Assembly: GCA_040954595.2 (NCBI GenBank)
Contig: CM082578.2
Location: 18,308,728 to 18,372,727 of the forward strand
Direction: 5' to 3'
Length of the DNA stretch: 64,000 bases
DNA from: Balanoglossus misakiensis
Taxonomy: Eukaryota > Animalia > Hemichordata
The notes beneath the pieces were generated by a model. The model had not been told where the DNA came from. It worked only from the letters and a program-made list of their open reading frames with translations, and made no database searches. Below are positions 26,602 to 39,647 of the stretch, one piece after another. Numbering within the stretch: the first letter of the stretch is position 1; each line of letters begins with the position of its first letter. The position numbers were made by a program, and so were the translations under genes.

Positions 26602-29600
26602 ATGGAGGGAACACCAGTACAGCTGCAAGTGCAGCAGTCACCTCACCAGCAGCCACAGACCATCCAGGTGCAGGTACAGCAACAACAGCAACAGCCACAA
26701 GGGATTCCGCACCACACAGTGGCAGTGACCACTGTGGCATCCAATGTGGAGACCACGACTGCTGCAGACACTTCAAGGGAACTGGCGAGCGCCGAGGGAC
26801 TCACCAGGCTTCGTCAAGAAGAGGTGATCACCAAGGTAAGAGTTGTACAACATGGCTGTGTCTGGATTCAACATTTTTGCCAGTTTTGTTTTCATGTTGT
26901 GTCTGTTAACTGTCACAAATGTGAACGAGATAGCAGTGTGTCCGAGAGTTCATCACTCAGTTATCAGAGAACATCTCATGTCAGTTGCGATTCGTGAAGA
27001 AGTGTCTAATGTGACTATTTTGTCTGTCCATATTGCTGACATCTCAGCTATGTAGACATGTACAGCATGTTTCATTCTGCAAAACAACAGACCACCTGGG
27101 GTCAGAGTGTAGGCTGGGGGTTACGGAGTTCATTTCAGGGGAAGGTAGTGTGGAAATGCAACCCACTGCTAAACCAGTGTTTCAGACATTTACAACATTG
27201 CTTGTAGCCATGGATGCGTACGGACACAGGACTGAAACAATAAAACAATCAATGGCTACATATATTAACATCAACATTGAACAAAACCTGCTCGACTTCT
27301 ATGCCTGACCACTCCTTCCCCAGCACATGGTTATGCCATGGTCAATTCCATTTGAGCATTCTTCAGTGCAAAACCCTGTAATGAATTGACTTTGCAGGTT
27401 ATCCAAGTTCCACAGATCCAGGTCGTACAACAGCCATCTGGACAGGTGCAGCATGTCACCCTACAAGTGCCACAGGTTGGACAGCTCTCAAACATTCACC
27501 AAATTCAGCTTACACCAGACAAACTCGCAAAACCTATCGAACTGTGCGTTGTTTGTGGTGACAAAGCTTCTGGTAAGATACACCACTCATGATTTTTTTG
27601 GATACAATTGTTTTTGTTTTTTCTTTTGGTTGAATTCTGTGAGCTTCAACAATGCATGACCAAGATTAACGAATTATTTTGAATACAAAGGAACGTACAG
27701 GACATTGTATATGCCCCTCAACCTCCACACTGTTTTTCACTGCTTTAAAGTTTCCCAATTTGTGTTGTGTTTTGAACAAGATGTTTCATTATTTATGTTT
27801 GCCAAAGTTTACTCAAAACCCCAGAAAATTTTCATCAGTCATCATGGTGACATCCCAGGATTCTTCATGGTTCTGTTTTTTCAATAAAAAAAACACATTC
27901 CATGTGTTGTCTGATTCCAAAGCAAATAAAAAAATGCATTGATGAATATTGGGGTTAATTAACATCATGGGATTGGGGAGATGGTTATGGGAGGAAACTG
28001 CAAAAGAAAACTTCTTGGATGTCACATTTGCGGTGTGTTACATTCAATGGTCTTCTGATGCTGCGAGCAAAGAAGGGTCCCTGCTTGAGGTAAGTGTGTC
28101 TTGTTTTAATAAAACCAAAGCCGGGGTTCGCGGCAACCGCCTCCAAAGTCAGTCTGTGTCTCTTTCTCCCAACCATCGCAGGTCGCCACTATGGTGTGGT
28201 CAGCTGCGAAGGCTGCAAAGGTTTCTTCAAAAGGAGCATTCGTAAGCAACTCTGCTACACTTGCCGCGGCGCCAAGGACTGTCAAGTGACTAAACATCAC
28301 AGAAACCGCTGTCAGTTTTGTCGCTTACAGAAATGCTTGGCTATGGGGATGAAAGCTGAATGTAAGTCACCAACTAGTCTAGGTGATTATTGGCTTTTTT
28401 TAACTGTTCTAATAAGTAGATTTTTTAAGCTTTCATAGCAGTGATTTTGCTTCACAATCATATGCGTTGGCTCACAAAAAGACAAGAGAAAGGTCTTCCC
28501 TGGTCGGTCATTTTACAGAACACTATAATAACAACCATGCCAGCGACATTGGTATCTTCTACTCAGTGCAACACACCCTGATGTGTGCAAAAAAAACAAG
28601 ACCAGAGACATTTTTCTCTTGTTGTTTTGTGGCTCTACTGTTATTACTCTTATTACAAGGGCCATCCTGTATTACCTTAAAACAGGATGCATTCTGTCAC
28701 CACTTCGATGCCATGCCAAATTTTCGAACCATAATTTTTACTGTCGACAGAAATGCTGCATTTGTACAAAAGTCTGAAAGCTGACAAAGGCATGTGGATG
28801 TGACATTTACTCTCTCTGCTTATGCCACCGTGTGGGTCCATAAGTTCTCTGCTACAGTTGCATTTCAGATTGCCTTATTGCCTTTTTGCTTGTCTTTTTT
28901 TTACACTTGCCATTTTCTGCCAAATTTTGATGTATTGCTTGTGAGAATGATCGTGTATCATGTTGTTCTTTGTACGTCACGCATGTGTCTGCTGCCTATC
29001 AGTTATCTCTAGAGGTACCAGTTTACTCAGAAATGACCGTTAATAATTGTACTAAAATTATGAAGAGAACCATTCAGTTGCTTTTGGGGGATAATGGCAA
29101 AAGAATGTCATTAGAAATATTAGAACATCAGAAAGGAAATAAATGTATTGATATTAGAATTATTATATAATATTACGGTAAGTTCTGCAGCAGATACATG
29201 CATGACATTTACAAACTGGAACAGGTACTCTCAATATCTGTGTATTGTCAATATTTGATGATGTATGTAGACATGAGTGATTTATGAGATATACTGTTGC
29301 AAAGAAAAATATAAGGAGGGTATGATTTTGGCTCTGCATCTACGGGATTGCTTTGTATAAGTTGTTTTTTTATGTCACACAAATACAAACCTTGTATAGT
29401 TATTGGGGAACATTTCACTAGGCCGTTAGCCAAGAAATGTAATATTTGGCAATTGTATACCATAAAAGTAGTCATTTTAGGGCTTCATGGGAATTCATGT
29501 AATTTGAATATTGGACTGATGCTCCTTGACCCTGTGACCTTTGACAGAAATGTATGGAGTCACTGGCAAAAAAAGGTCACATAGTAGTAGAGATACTGTT

Positions 29601-32600
29601 GTTAGTGTTAAGTGTTCCCCTTTAACTCTAAAGGTCATACATATTGACAAACTGCCTCCAGTAATCTTACATTTAATCAAGGCTGACGTTGCTGAAAAGT
29701 GCCGTGTTTTGAAACAGATCCATGTATTTATGTGGTGTCCTTTGAGGAGAATAAGGCCTCCAATTTCCACTCAGCTTCATTATTGAGAGTTTCTGTCTGG
29801 CATTTATATTATATAGTACAGTGACCTTGTCTTTTTGTGTCTGAATATGTTTTTACCCCATAAAAATTGTACCATTTGCACTTTCGGTCACCAATGAGCA
29901 TAGATAACACTCAAGTGCATTCATGAATGAATATTATTCAAAGTGGGGGGGGGGGGGGGGGGGGGCTTACAGACATTCCGCCCTTTCACAGGTGACCTTT
30001 GACATCTTCAGTGAATTTACCGGAGTTGTATGTGTAGCTTATGGACTAACAGATCTGATACTGTAGTGCTAGGGCCACAACTAACATGCATGTTCTATTG
30101 TAACATCTGCCATGTCAAAACTGGGAAATTTATTCTGGTTATGAAGGCCTTATTCTTCTACATTGCGTGTTTAAAGCTTGCTGAAGTACACGGAACACAG
30201 AGACAATTCAGACTGTTATGGAGGCCTTATTCTTCTGCTTTTAACATGATTTCTCATGCTTCATTATGTTTTGAATGTTTTTAATATGCACTCAGATACA
30301 CGCATGTACTCACACACACACACACACACAAAGTTATCCAGGGAAGCAAAAGTTGCTGAATGTCATGTGTAAATACTAATTTTGCCTCTGTGAACTCTTG
30401 CTCCCCTTCTGTTGTGTGTTATTGATGCCTTGTACAAAAGCATTTCCACGAGCCGAAATGTGTGGTGTGTGTACGCAATACAGTTCAATCCAGTCTTTTT
30501 CATTGTGGCTTCAACTGTATTCAGAGGTACAGGTACATGCAATAAGTTCACATTGGGAAATGCGCGTATATTACACTTTAACCCCATTTACCAGGCTCAA
30601 AACTTTTTGGGACATCCCGTATTTCAAATACTTCTATAGCTGTGCAGTGTGAGAGAACTCCAATCAAGTCGAACCGCGAGAAATCACCCGGAAACTGTGC
30701 TGCGTCCACCGAAAAGATCTACATCCGCAAGGACTTGAGAAGCCCACTGGCTGCCACCCCGACATTTGTAGCACGTAAGTATGTGTATTGAATGTAAGCA
30801 AATTTTATACCATTTTGTGAAATAATATGGAGTTTGGAAAATGGTCTATTGCAGACATATTACATTGCTACTTTTTGTTCTCCTTTCTCTGTCCAGTTGA
30901 CAAGGATAGTAAGCAGCACGTTGGCCTGTTTGATCAGGGCATGCTGATCAACATCCAAGGGAACAGCCCTTCCACTGAATCAAGTGCCGCCAATACAGAT
31001 CTGAGCACCCTGGCCAATGTGGTCACCACCCTGGCAAACATGAGTAAGAACAAGGAAGGCGTGCCGGAGCCGGCTGGAGAGACTACACAAGTATCCAATG
31101 GGGAATCCGGAACAGCAGAAATACAGGCATCGGCTGAAGCGGTCAACCAGATCTCCAAAGCCTTTGACACGCTGGCCAAAGCGCTCAACACACAAGGGGA
31201 AGCAACAGAGACTGCCAGCACAGTTGAAGTGACGTAAGTCTTGTGACAACCAAAACTGTACAGTTAATTTGTGCCTAAAAGGAATGTTTGAAGTGTCTCT
31301 GAATAAACAAATTATGTTCAAATTGGTATACAATCAAATATTTCACATTTGGAACCATATTACTCAGACATGGCTGAACTGATACCATTTATAATTGGTG
31401 CTACTGCTAGGTCAAAGTACTACGATGTACATATGCATATCAGTTTGTGTCATGATATGTAAATGATGTCCATCTGGCAGCCTTTTTGTTTTATTTTCTT
31501 GTTCGTCAAGAGCTATAACTCAAACATGTGTGAACTGATTTCATTCAAACTATCTATGATTACATATAGTGTACCGTTATAGGTGCTCATCCTTCCAAGC
31601 TGATCCTTCATTGAAACTGTGTTGTACCCATTTCAGTACGTCTGATTCTTCAGCAAATGGAGGGCAGGGTGATGCGTCAGAATCTGGTGGGTCATCAGCG
31701 GCCCTCATAGAACTTGATGGTCCGCTACTTACCGACACACATTTCCAATTCAAATTGACAACGCCGTCACCGATGCCGCAGTATCTCAATGTACACTACA
31801 TATGTGAGTCTGCTTCAAGGCTCTTGTTCCTGTCAATGCACTGGGCAAGAAGCATTCCGGCGTTCCAGGCTCTAGGGTATGTATTGGATCTGATGGTCAT
31901 GTTCCTTGTTATTCCTTTATTCTGCCATTGAAAAACATACTGTATGCAATTCTCACAACTGTTGTAAAAACTTCGACTTCAAATGTTTAGGTAACATCCC
32001 AAAAGTGTGTGAGAATATATCACTTGTGTTGCTTTACTGATGGAACAGTATTGGAAATGTTCCAACAAATCTTTGTAAATTTTGTCGTTTCAGACAAGAA
32101 TGCCACACAACAGTTGTTCAGAAATGTTGGAGTGAATTGTTCACTCTTGGTTTAGCACAGTGCTGTCAGGCCATGGCACTATCAACCATTCTCACTGCAA
32201 TTGTCAATCATCTTCAAACAAGTGTACAGCAAGGTATGCGTAAGTACCCCTTTTATTACAACTCGGACTTGTTCCATCCCCAGTCTTTTATTTCTGCCAG
32301 TTGTTACAGATAGTTGCCTGTGTCAAGTCTTACTAACATCTCAAATATAGCCTATCCCAGTCTTCATGTAGTTGTTGATATTTTGTTTGTCAATGCCAGC
32401 TAAGATGAAAATTATTTGTAGCAACCTTATTACTAGAAACCCCATCCTAGTTGTTTACTGCTTGTAGCAACCCCATCCTGTAGGTGCTATATGATATAAC
32501 AACTGTATTCTTGGTGTTTATTCATTTCAACTCAACCCAGTAGGCTTAAGCATTCCCGTCAAATGTTTGGTGTGCATGAAATTAGCTAATGTTATTTATC

Positions 32601-33558
32601 AGAGAAAATTCTATGTTGCATTGATGAGTATTGCGGCAGTGACGTATTTATAATGTATTTGATTTTCTGCCTCGTCAATGGACATGGAGAGTTGTACGAT
32701 TTGTGGTTTTGTCAAAACTAAATGATGCATTCCCCCCTCACTTGCCTCTGTGTTTGTTTGTGGTTGCAGACAAGTTATCAGCTGACAGAGTGAAAATAGT
32801 CATGGAGCACATCTGGAAGCTTCAAGAATTTGTAAACTCTGTGACGAAGCTGCAGGTGGATTCCACTGAGTTTGCTTATTTGAAGGCAATCACCCTCTTC
32901 AGTACAGGTAAGGGTGAACTTTGTTTAGGGTTAGGGATTTAGAAGCTTGCGTCCTTAAGAAAAGGTAATGATGAACTGTGTTTAGGGTTAGGGATTTATA
33001 CAGAGTACCATCTCCCATGAAATGTCAAACCATTTGTAGGTAATGTTTTGAAGATGCAGAATCGTACCACATTTGATGTACAGTAACCAATGATAAAAAA
33101 ATTGAGCCCAGTGTTCTGCTTGCATTTTAGCTATTGTTAATTTTGCTTTGAGTATAGTGAGAGAAAATATGTAAGATGGGTATATAAATAACTCCGCACT
33201 TACACTGCCGCCCCAAACAAAGGTTAATTTATTTGATTTGATTGCTGACATTGTCCCTGACATGTCTTACCCTGCAGATCACCCAGGACTGGTGAATTCC
33301 CGACAGATTGAGAAATTCCAGGAGAAAGCCGTGCAGGAACTGCAGGAATATGTGAGCAGGGCATACCCGAACAGCACGGACCGCTTTGCCAAACTCCTAC
33401 TCCGTCTACCGGCGCTCAGGCTGCTCAATCCCAGCATCATGGAAGAGCTCTTCTTTGCCGGGCTGATTGGAAATGTCCAAATCGACAGCATCATCCCATA
33501 TATCCTGCGGATGGAAACAGCCGATTACAACACACAGATCGCCATACAGCCTCAGTAG
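26602..33558 (+). CDS. NR2C2: Orphan nuclear receptor TR2/TR4 (NR2C1/2), 9 coding exons, about 619 aa
   Basis: Exons 26602-26835, 27398-27572, 28182-28361, 30640-30774, 30897-31233, 31637-31876, 32094-32233, 32770-32907 and 33278-33558 join in frame. C4 zinc-finger DBD: [33 protein letters not shown]...[16 protein letters not shown]2C-specific segments: [73 protein letters not shown] and [26 protein letters not shown]. Probably co-orthologous to vertebrate NR2C1 and NR2C2. Confidence 0.96.
32906..32998 (+). repeat. 57-bp-period duplication of the splice donor region containing (TTAGGG)2
   Basis: AGGTAAGGGTGAACTTTGTTTAGGGTTAGGGATTTA at 32906 recurs as AGGTAATGATGAACTGTGTTTAGGGTTAGGGATTTA at 32963. 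Confidence 0.8.
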
Positions 33559-35410
33559 ATCCGGCCATTTTGTACCTCTGGAAGAAAAAGGCAATCCAGC
33601 ACTGAATTTTCTTTTCTTTTTCCCATATATCACTTTGATTGAAGGAAGTCCATATGATGGCTGTGTTTTCAATGATGATTTTTAAACTTTCGTTTTGCTT
33701 TTTCAGAAGTTGATAAAAAGGCAGCTACTTCAGAGCTGTGGTCAAATTCAGTGATGGACTGCACATCTTAAATTTCAAAAGACAGTTTGTTGGAATTCAT
33801 ACTTGATAGAATAATGAATAATGTGTAAAAAATAATTTTTAGACAAAAATCTTTGATGAAGGGTATTTGTAAAGACTGTACCATAGCTGAGGTTCTTGAA
33901 TCCGTTAAATGGAAAAGGAAAATAAGGAAAACCCAAACTACAGGATTAATAGATTTTTTTTCATGTGATTGTCCTAAATATTCCACATAATATGTTTATC
34001 AGAACAAAAAAAATTGTATCTATTCACTTTTATTTCTCTATGTACACTGTACGTTGTTGAAAACATATATTCACCAAGTAGAATAGCAATTGAGTGCTAT
34101 AGGGCGCTCTCTCCAATGAGGGCGCACATCATCACTTCAGAAACATGCCAACTCTTCATATCTTCAATGTTGTCCATGTTACACAGTGATTTTAAAGTTA
34201 TAGGCTGGTTTATAGTCGTGATTGGCTGAAATGGAATGTCAGAAAATTTTCATTCCTGGGGATATTTGTAGTCTGTCCTGCTGGTCCTTGAAAGGTTCTT
34301 AAAATATACAGTTAATATGATTCTTCACTAGGGGAGGAGGGGAACCATAAAAACACCCCTACTTGTTCTGTACATGATGACCAATCAACTCTCAATGTCA
34401 TGTACAAGTGAACCAATCAGGTAGGACCTTACAAGACAGCTGCAGGTGGTAATGAATTATTAAAGGTAATCAGTCATTGGTTGTTTGTACAAAGCACAAC
34501 GAATTCTATATATTGTGACAAAAGTATGAGTACATGTATTAAACTTGCTTTGCTTTTATCCCTGTCAAATAACCTTAATGAAGTTTTTCTTTTCCCAGAG
34601 GGAACACTTTATCAAATGTGATTCTGAAGAAATTTTGAGCAAGCAGCTTGTATGAATTGACAATTTTTGAGGTTCAACAGATTTATCATTAAAAGTGTTT
34701 TAAAGCCTGTTATTTTTGTCTTGGGATGATGGGTTGGGATAGAGGGCTTGGGGAAATTATTATAAAGTCAGACTATTTTCTTGTTATGTATATTTGCTGA
34801 ATTATACTCTTTAAAAAATTATGCACACACTTAATACTTTCAATCAAGTAAAAACAGCACTCGGAAAGATTGCAAACACCAAAATTATTCAGTCATATCT
34901 GTAGAAATGGGCAGATTCTACCAATGTTGGTCACGGCTCCCTGTAATGCTGAATTTAATTTTGTAATCCTGCTTTGAAATCCCGCTTTCAAGTTTCAGAG
35001 ACCTGTTAAAAATTAAATTTTAAAAGTGACCATTACGTCACATACAGATGTCAAATGTACAATGCATGAGGTACCAGCTCAGTCTTGTCAGATGTTGAGG
35101 CGTATTAATTAATGCAGGTCTTGCAAAGCATAACGTCAACTTACAACACAGAAAGGGTACTGATGATGTTCGTGGCTTGTCTTGGGCAAAGCAATGTTTC
35201 TTGTGTTCACTTTGATGACAACAGCACCTTTGTGAATCAGTTTCTACAGGAAATCAAGTTATTTCCATGCCAACTTTGTTATTTCTCAGCAAGATCAGTC
35301 TTTGTTGTGAATCCGCCCTTGTTGCGATGATGGTTCACATTCCTGAATTTTCCCATGTAATTTATCAACCATGATAAGGCCCATTTCTCCCTTTGTTTTG
35401 TCCTTTCAGC

Positions 35411-36675
35411 TTTATTGGGGGCACAAGCGCCCTCAGGCGGCTTGTGCCCCCATTGTTATTGTTGGAATTTTTCTTTATTATTATTCTTCTTCTTCTTCTT
35501 CCGAGAAATTCGGCCAGGTAGATCTGGAAAACCGCAGCACCTAGGGGGCTGAAACTTGGTAGGGTGATAGGGGCCAATGAGTAGACGTGCAGTGGCCCGT
35601 GAATATTTAATTAGTCATGTGACCTGGCGGCCATATTGGATTTCCTGAAAACCGTTAAATGAGTCCTTCTCAAAAACTACAAGGCCGATCGAGTTCAAAT
35701 TTGGTGTGCAGGTAGCCTACCTTCTGTCCATCATTTTACCCCATTGAAATCATGACGTCACACATAAAGTTTTTTTGCTACAATTGTTTTTCTTAAAAAA
35801 TACTTAAAACTTTAAAAATCTTCTTCTCCAGAACCAGCGGTTACCGATTCTCGGGATTTGGGATATGTGGTCACCTAACCTATGTCTATCAAGTTTGCGA
35901 AGCGCACTGTGATTGGTCGATCATTATGGCGGCCATGTTGGATTTTCGGAAAACCATTGAAAAATGAAAATTCTGTTTTGTAGCCAAAATGTTGACAGCA
36001 CGGAAATTCTTTTTTTGGATATGAGTCATCATATGACCGGAAGTTGTCACAATTTTTCGTGGCAATTTTCACATGACCTTTGACCCAGTTTTAAAACAAC
36101 TAATTATATATGCATATTCCCCATACCTCCTCTTGTAAAAGCACCACATTCATGAATTTTGTGGACATGGGTACCAATGCTGCCAGGACATGACACAAAT
36201 ATTTTGGTAATTTTGGCAATGACCTTTGACCTATTTCTGCATATCTAATTCCATGCTACCCAATAGGGCTAGAGGTCTGGTATTGGTTGGACATGGCCCA
36301 GTCTGGGGTCAAAATTTTATGCCCTAATTTTGGGTGACCTTGGGTGACCTTTGATCTACTTTCCCATATCTCAGCATCCAGAGCAGTTAGAGCCCTGGCT
36401 TTTATGGGTATTGAGCACATAATGGAGTCTTACACAAGACCTCATTAATTATGTGCATACCTAATTGCAGGCGAACCAATAGGGCTAGGGGTCTGGTTTT
36501 TTGTTGGATCTAGACTAGTATGGGGTCCAATTTTTTTGCCCAAATTTGGGGTGACCTCAGGTGACCTTTGACCTACTTTCCCATGTCTCGGTATCCCCAG
36601 CAGATACAGCTGTGGAATTTGCTGGTCACCATGGGAACCGCTTGTGCCCCCCCAACGCTGCTTGCAGCTTTAATT
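35411..36675 (+). mobile_element. Non-autonomous Helentron/DINE-1-like element, subfamily B, inverted relative to 17281-18560
   Basis: Starts TTTATTGGGGGCACAAGC..GCTTGTGCCCCC, then (ATT)n(CTT)n, and ends GCTTGTGCCCCCCAACGCTGCTTGCAGCTTTAATT. It is collinear with the reverse complement of 17281-18560 along its length, with scattered substitutions and small indels. Confidence 0.88.
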
Positions 36676-37654
36676 TAAGTATGTCATTGTAAAAAAAAAA
36701 TCCTTCTGTGTTGTCTCGCTCAATAAGACATAGTTATTTCTTCAATTTTTAATTTATTTCCTGCGTCTGTGTTTTGTAATATGTAAAATGTCACATCACT
36801 TGGCTAAGCTTTTTAGTAGATGCAGTTATGTTTTTATATTGAAGACAGCTGAAAGTTTGCTTTCAGAGAACTGGACACCGTATCATAGGGTTTATGTTAC
36901 CAGTACTGCTTTTTTTTGAAATTGTCGATGATTGCATACTAAGCTATTGTGGTGTTTACTAGTTACGGCAGGCAGACCTTACAAGGTCTTTTTTTTCATT
37001 TTTAAATCCGTACTTTCTCACTAGCCAAGACTGAAAAAAATTTCTCGATTTTTCGCTCCGACTCTTGTGTATATATTTCTATCATGTCAGTGCCTATAAT
37101 ATTCTGTGTGTGCAGCAATGCAAGCAGGATGAAGTTTAACTGGTGCAAAGTTAAAAATTGCATGTCGAAGGCCCTTCTTGATTTCTCAGCATGCAGCCAA
37201 GACAAAACAAAACAAACAAGACTTTGGGGTTCACCAACATCTTAACTCCATCCGTTGAAAAGACCCATGATCAGTGTATACATCATGTACACGCGTGAGG
37301 GAATATTTGCACTGGCTCCATATTACTATACTGCCTAGTTCTTGTCTTCTGTAATTGTAGTGGTCAGGGATGGTTATTATAAAATACAATTATTGTAACA
37401 TTGCATTTCTTATCAATCAAGAACTTTTAGACAAAAAAAATGGACGTGGATTTTTTCTGCAGCATAGCTGTGAACACAGGAAATTGTCATTAAACCTATC
37501 TTTCGGTTACACCATATTTAATACATTTGTTTTGTTTTCAGTGATATTAATCCTTACAAATCTTGACATTTTATGACGGTTTATACATTTTAGTGAAGGG
37601 CTACATTACTTAGCGGATGCTCTGGATATTATTCATTGCCTTGTGAAGGAAAAC

Positions 37655-37672
37655 AAACACACATACATACAT

Positions 37673-37705
<33 letters not shown>

Positions 37706-37723
37706 TACAGAATACACACACAC
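37655..37723. repeat. (ACAT)n/(AC)n compound microsatellite
   Basis: Directly visible simple repeat. Confidence 0.85.
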
Positions 37724-38619
37724 AGTTTATGGATGATTCATTATTAAGGATGGTATCTTGTAGAGAGGTGAAATGTGTATTTCTGAGATTTTATTTGATA
37801 TGGGCCTGTACTTTGTATCTCAATTGCAGTGTTTCAGTAAATGTCCCTTTTGAAAAGCAGATGTGTTGTTTGTCTTTTTTCTTTTCAATTTTCTGGCAAG
37901 TCTTATGCTGTGTGTGTGTGTGACTAATAATTGGATATGGGTAATTTTCCATAGAAGTATTGATCACAAAATAAAAAACAAAACAAGCCTGCTTTGATAT
38001 TGGTTCCATCGTATAGTACAAGTCCATTTAGAGAATAGTGTATGTGTACGCGCGTGTGCATGCACACATGTACATGTACTAGTTTGCACCCTTGCAGTAG
38101 GTACATGGTATGTCAGATTATTCGTGTTTTTATGTGGTGGTGTATGTAACATTAAAAATATGTGAACATTTATTGCAATGATGAGCCACCACATTTGGTG
38201 AGACTTAATGAGATGATACAAAAGGAAGAGAATGGCCTTTACAATGAAAACCCAGGTGAATTTATTTCAAGAAAAGCTGCGACAGGAGACTAGTGTAGGC
38301 ATGTTGTGTAAGTGTAGTCCAGTTTCTCACCAATATATTCAACAACCTTATTTGCGTTGATTATGGCAAGCAGAGCAAATTGTATCATATATATCTACAC
38401 TGCTATTAGGTCTCTGTGGTTGAGCGGTTTTGAGTTGGAAAGAGACCAGAATTAGACCAACAGCAACTGATAAAAGTATAATGTGCGCTGAAATGCGAGT
38501 TTATTCTGATCACATGGAAGCATAGGTCATTGAAACTATTTTTTGCCTTAAAAAGTTAATTTTAGATGCCTGTTTCTACAAGTCAGAGAAATAAATTGAA
38601 ATTGATGGTAGCAAACTCA

Positions 38620-39300
38620 GTTATTCGACCGCCTTTAAAAATACACATAGACAACACACTCTAGACTTCTCGAAGAACAAATTTATCGTAAACATATAGC
38701 GCCCCCAACTTCAAAAATGAAAGCTGAACGACCAGCCGTACGTCAACACCCAGAAAACAATGCGACCAGCTGGTAGGTGTTTAGGGACCGGAATGGTCGA
38801 AAGTGACAGACGGTATAAAAGGTGGGCGTCTAGTCTATAGTTATTACGCGGAAAAGTGGAACTGAGATTGACGTTTAAAAAGCCGGCTGTGCATTGTAAA
38901 TCCCAGAAGACTGCCCAGTTATCGTGTACCGGTACTTGTGTGAGTAATCGCTCATATCTGTATGAAACGTACCTCTCCTCACCTGTACCTGTGCACTGTC
39001 TTGAGGAGCAAACAGGAAGTGATTGATCCTTGATTTTTCTGGTAAGTTTACGGGGAATTAAAGTAGTTTTCGGTATTTGTTGGAGCTGCTGAACGCGAGC
39101 TTTGTTCATGTTGCTAGCGACCTTGCCTGCGGAATTCGGACAGATTTGCCTTGGAATCAGTTGGTGGCTATCTATGCGGCATTTCTGCTTGATTGCATCA
39201 AACGCAATGTCAGTGAAGGAATGTAAATTTTCAATACCATACCTTTCTTCGTTGAAAGAGTGAAAGAAAAACAATTGTTTTAATGCAAATCGACAGTCGA
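38620..39300 (+). promoter_or_regulatory. CpG-rich probable EOGT promoter and non-coding exon
   Basis: Local CpG enrichment just after an AATAAA (38589). A candidate donor CTG|GTAGGT lies near 38772, and an acceptor near 39635 precedes the EOGT ATG at 39648. Confidence 0.45.
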
Positions 39301-39647
39301 CAAGACCTGTCTTCTTTTAAGTTCAACAACTTAAAACTTTGTGCTTGAGGGTTAATTTCTTGTTGGAAAAGGGGTATTTTGAATGGGAGACTGATGTAAT
39401 CAGCATGCACCCTGTTTTGTAATTGGTTTTCCACATGCTTCTACCGCATCATGTTATTTCACACACACTTCACACTTTTGGGAAGAGGATTTTGATGTAA
39501 ATGAGTAAATGGTTTTGTGAAATATCTTGTTTCTCTGTTATCGGTAACAATTAGGCCATTTCACAAATTGGCATATTCAGACAACCAACAAAACTTTACT
39601 GCATTTTGAAATTATTTATTCTCTCTTCACTCAAGGCTGCAGTGAGA

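Noticed and set aside
32925-32993. Interstitial telomere
   Set aside because: Only two pairs of TTAGGG within a local duplication; too short to indicate a telomeric remnant.
38711-39274. 187-aa minus-strand ORF
   Set aside because: Non-ATG start and no recognisable motif; it overlaps the GC-richer EOGT promoter, where stop codons are rarer.
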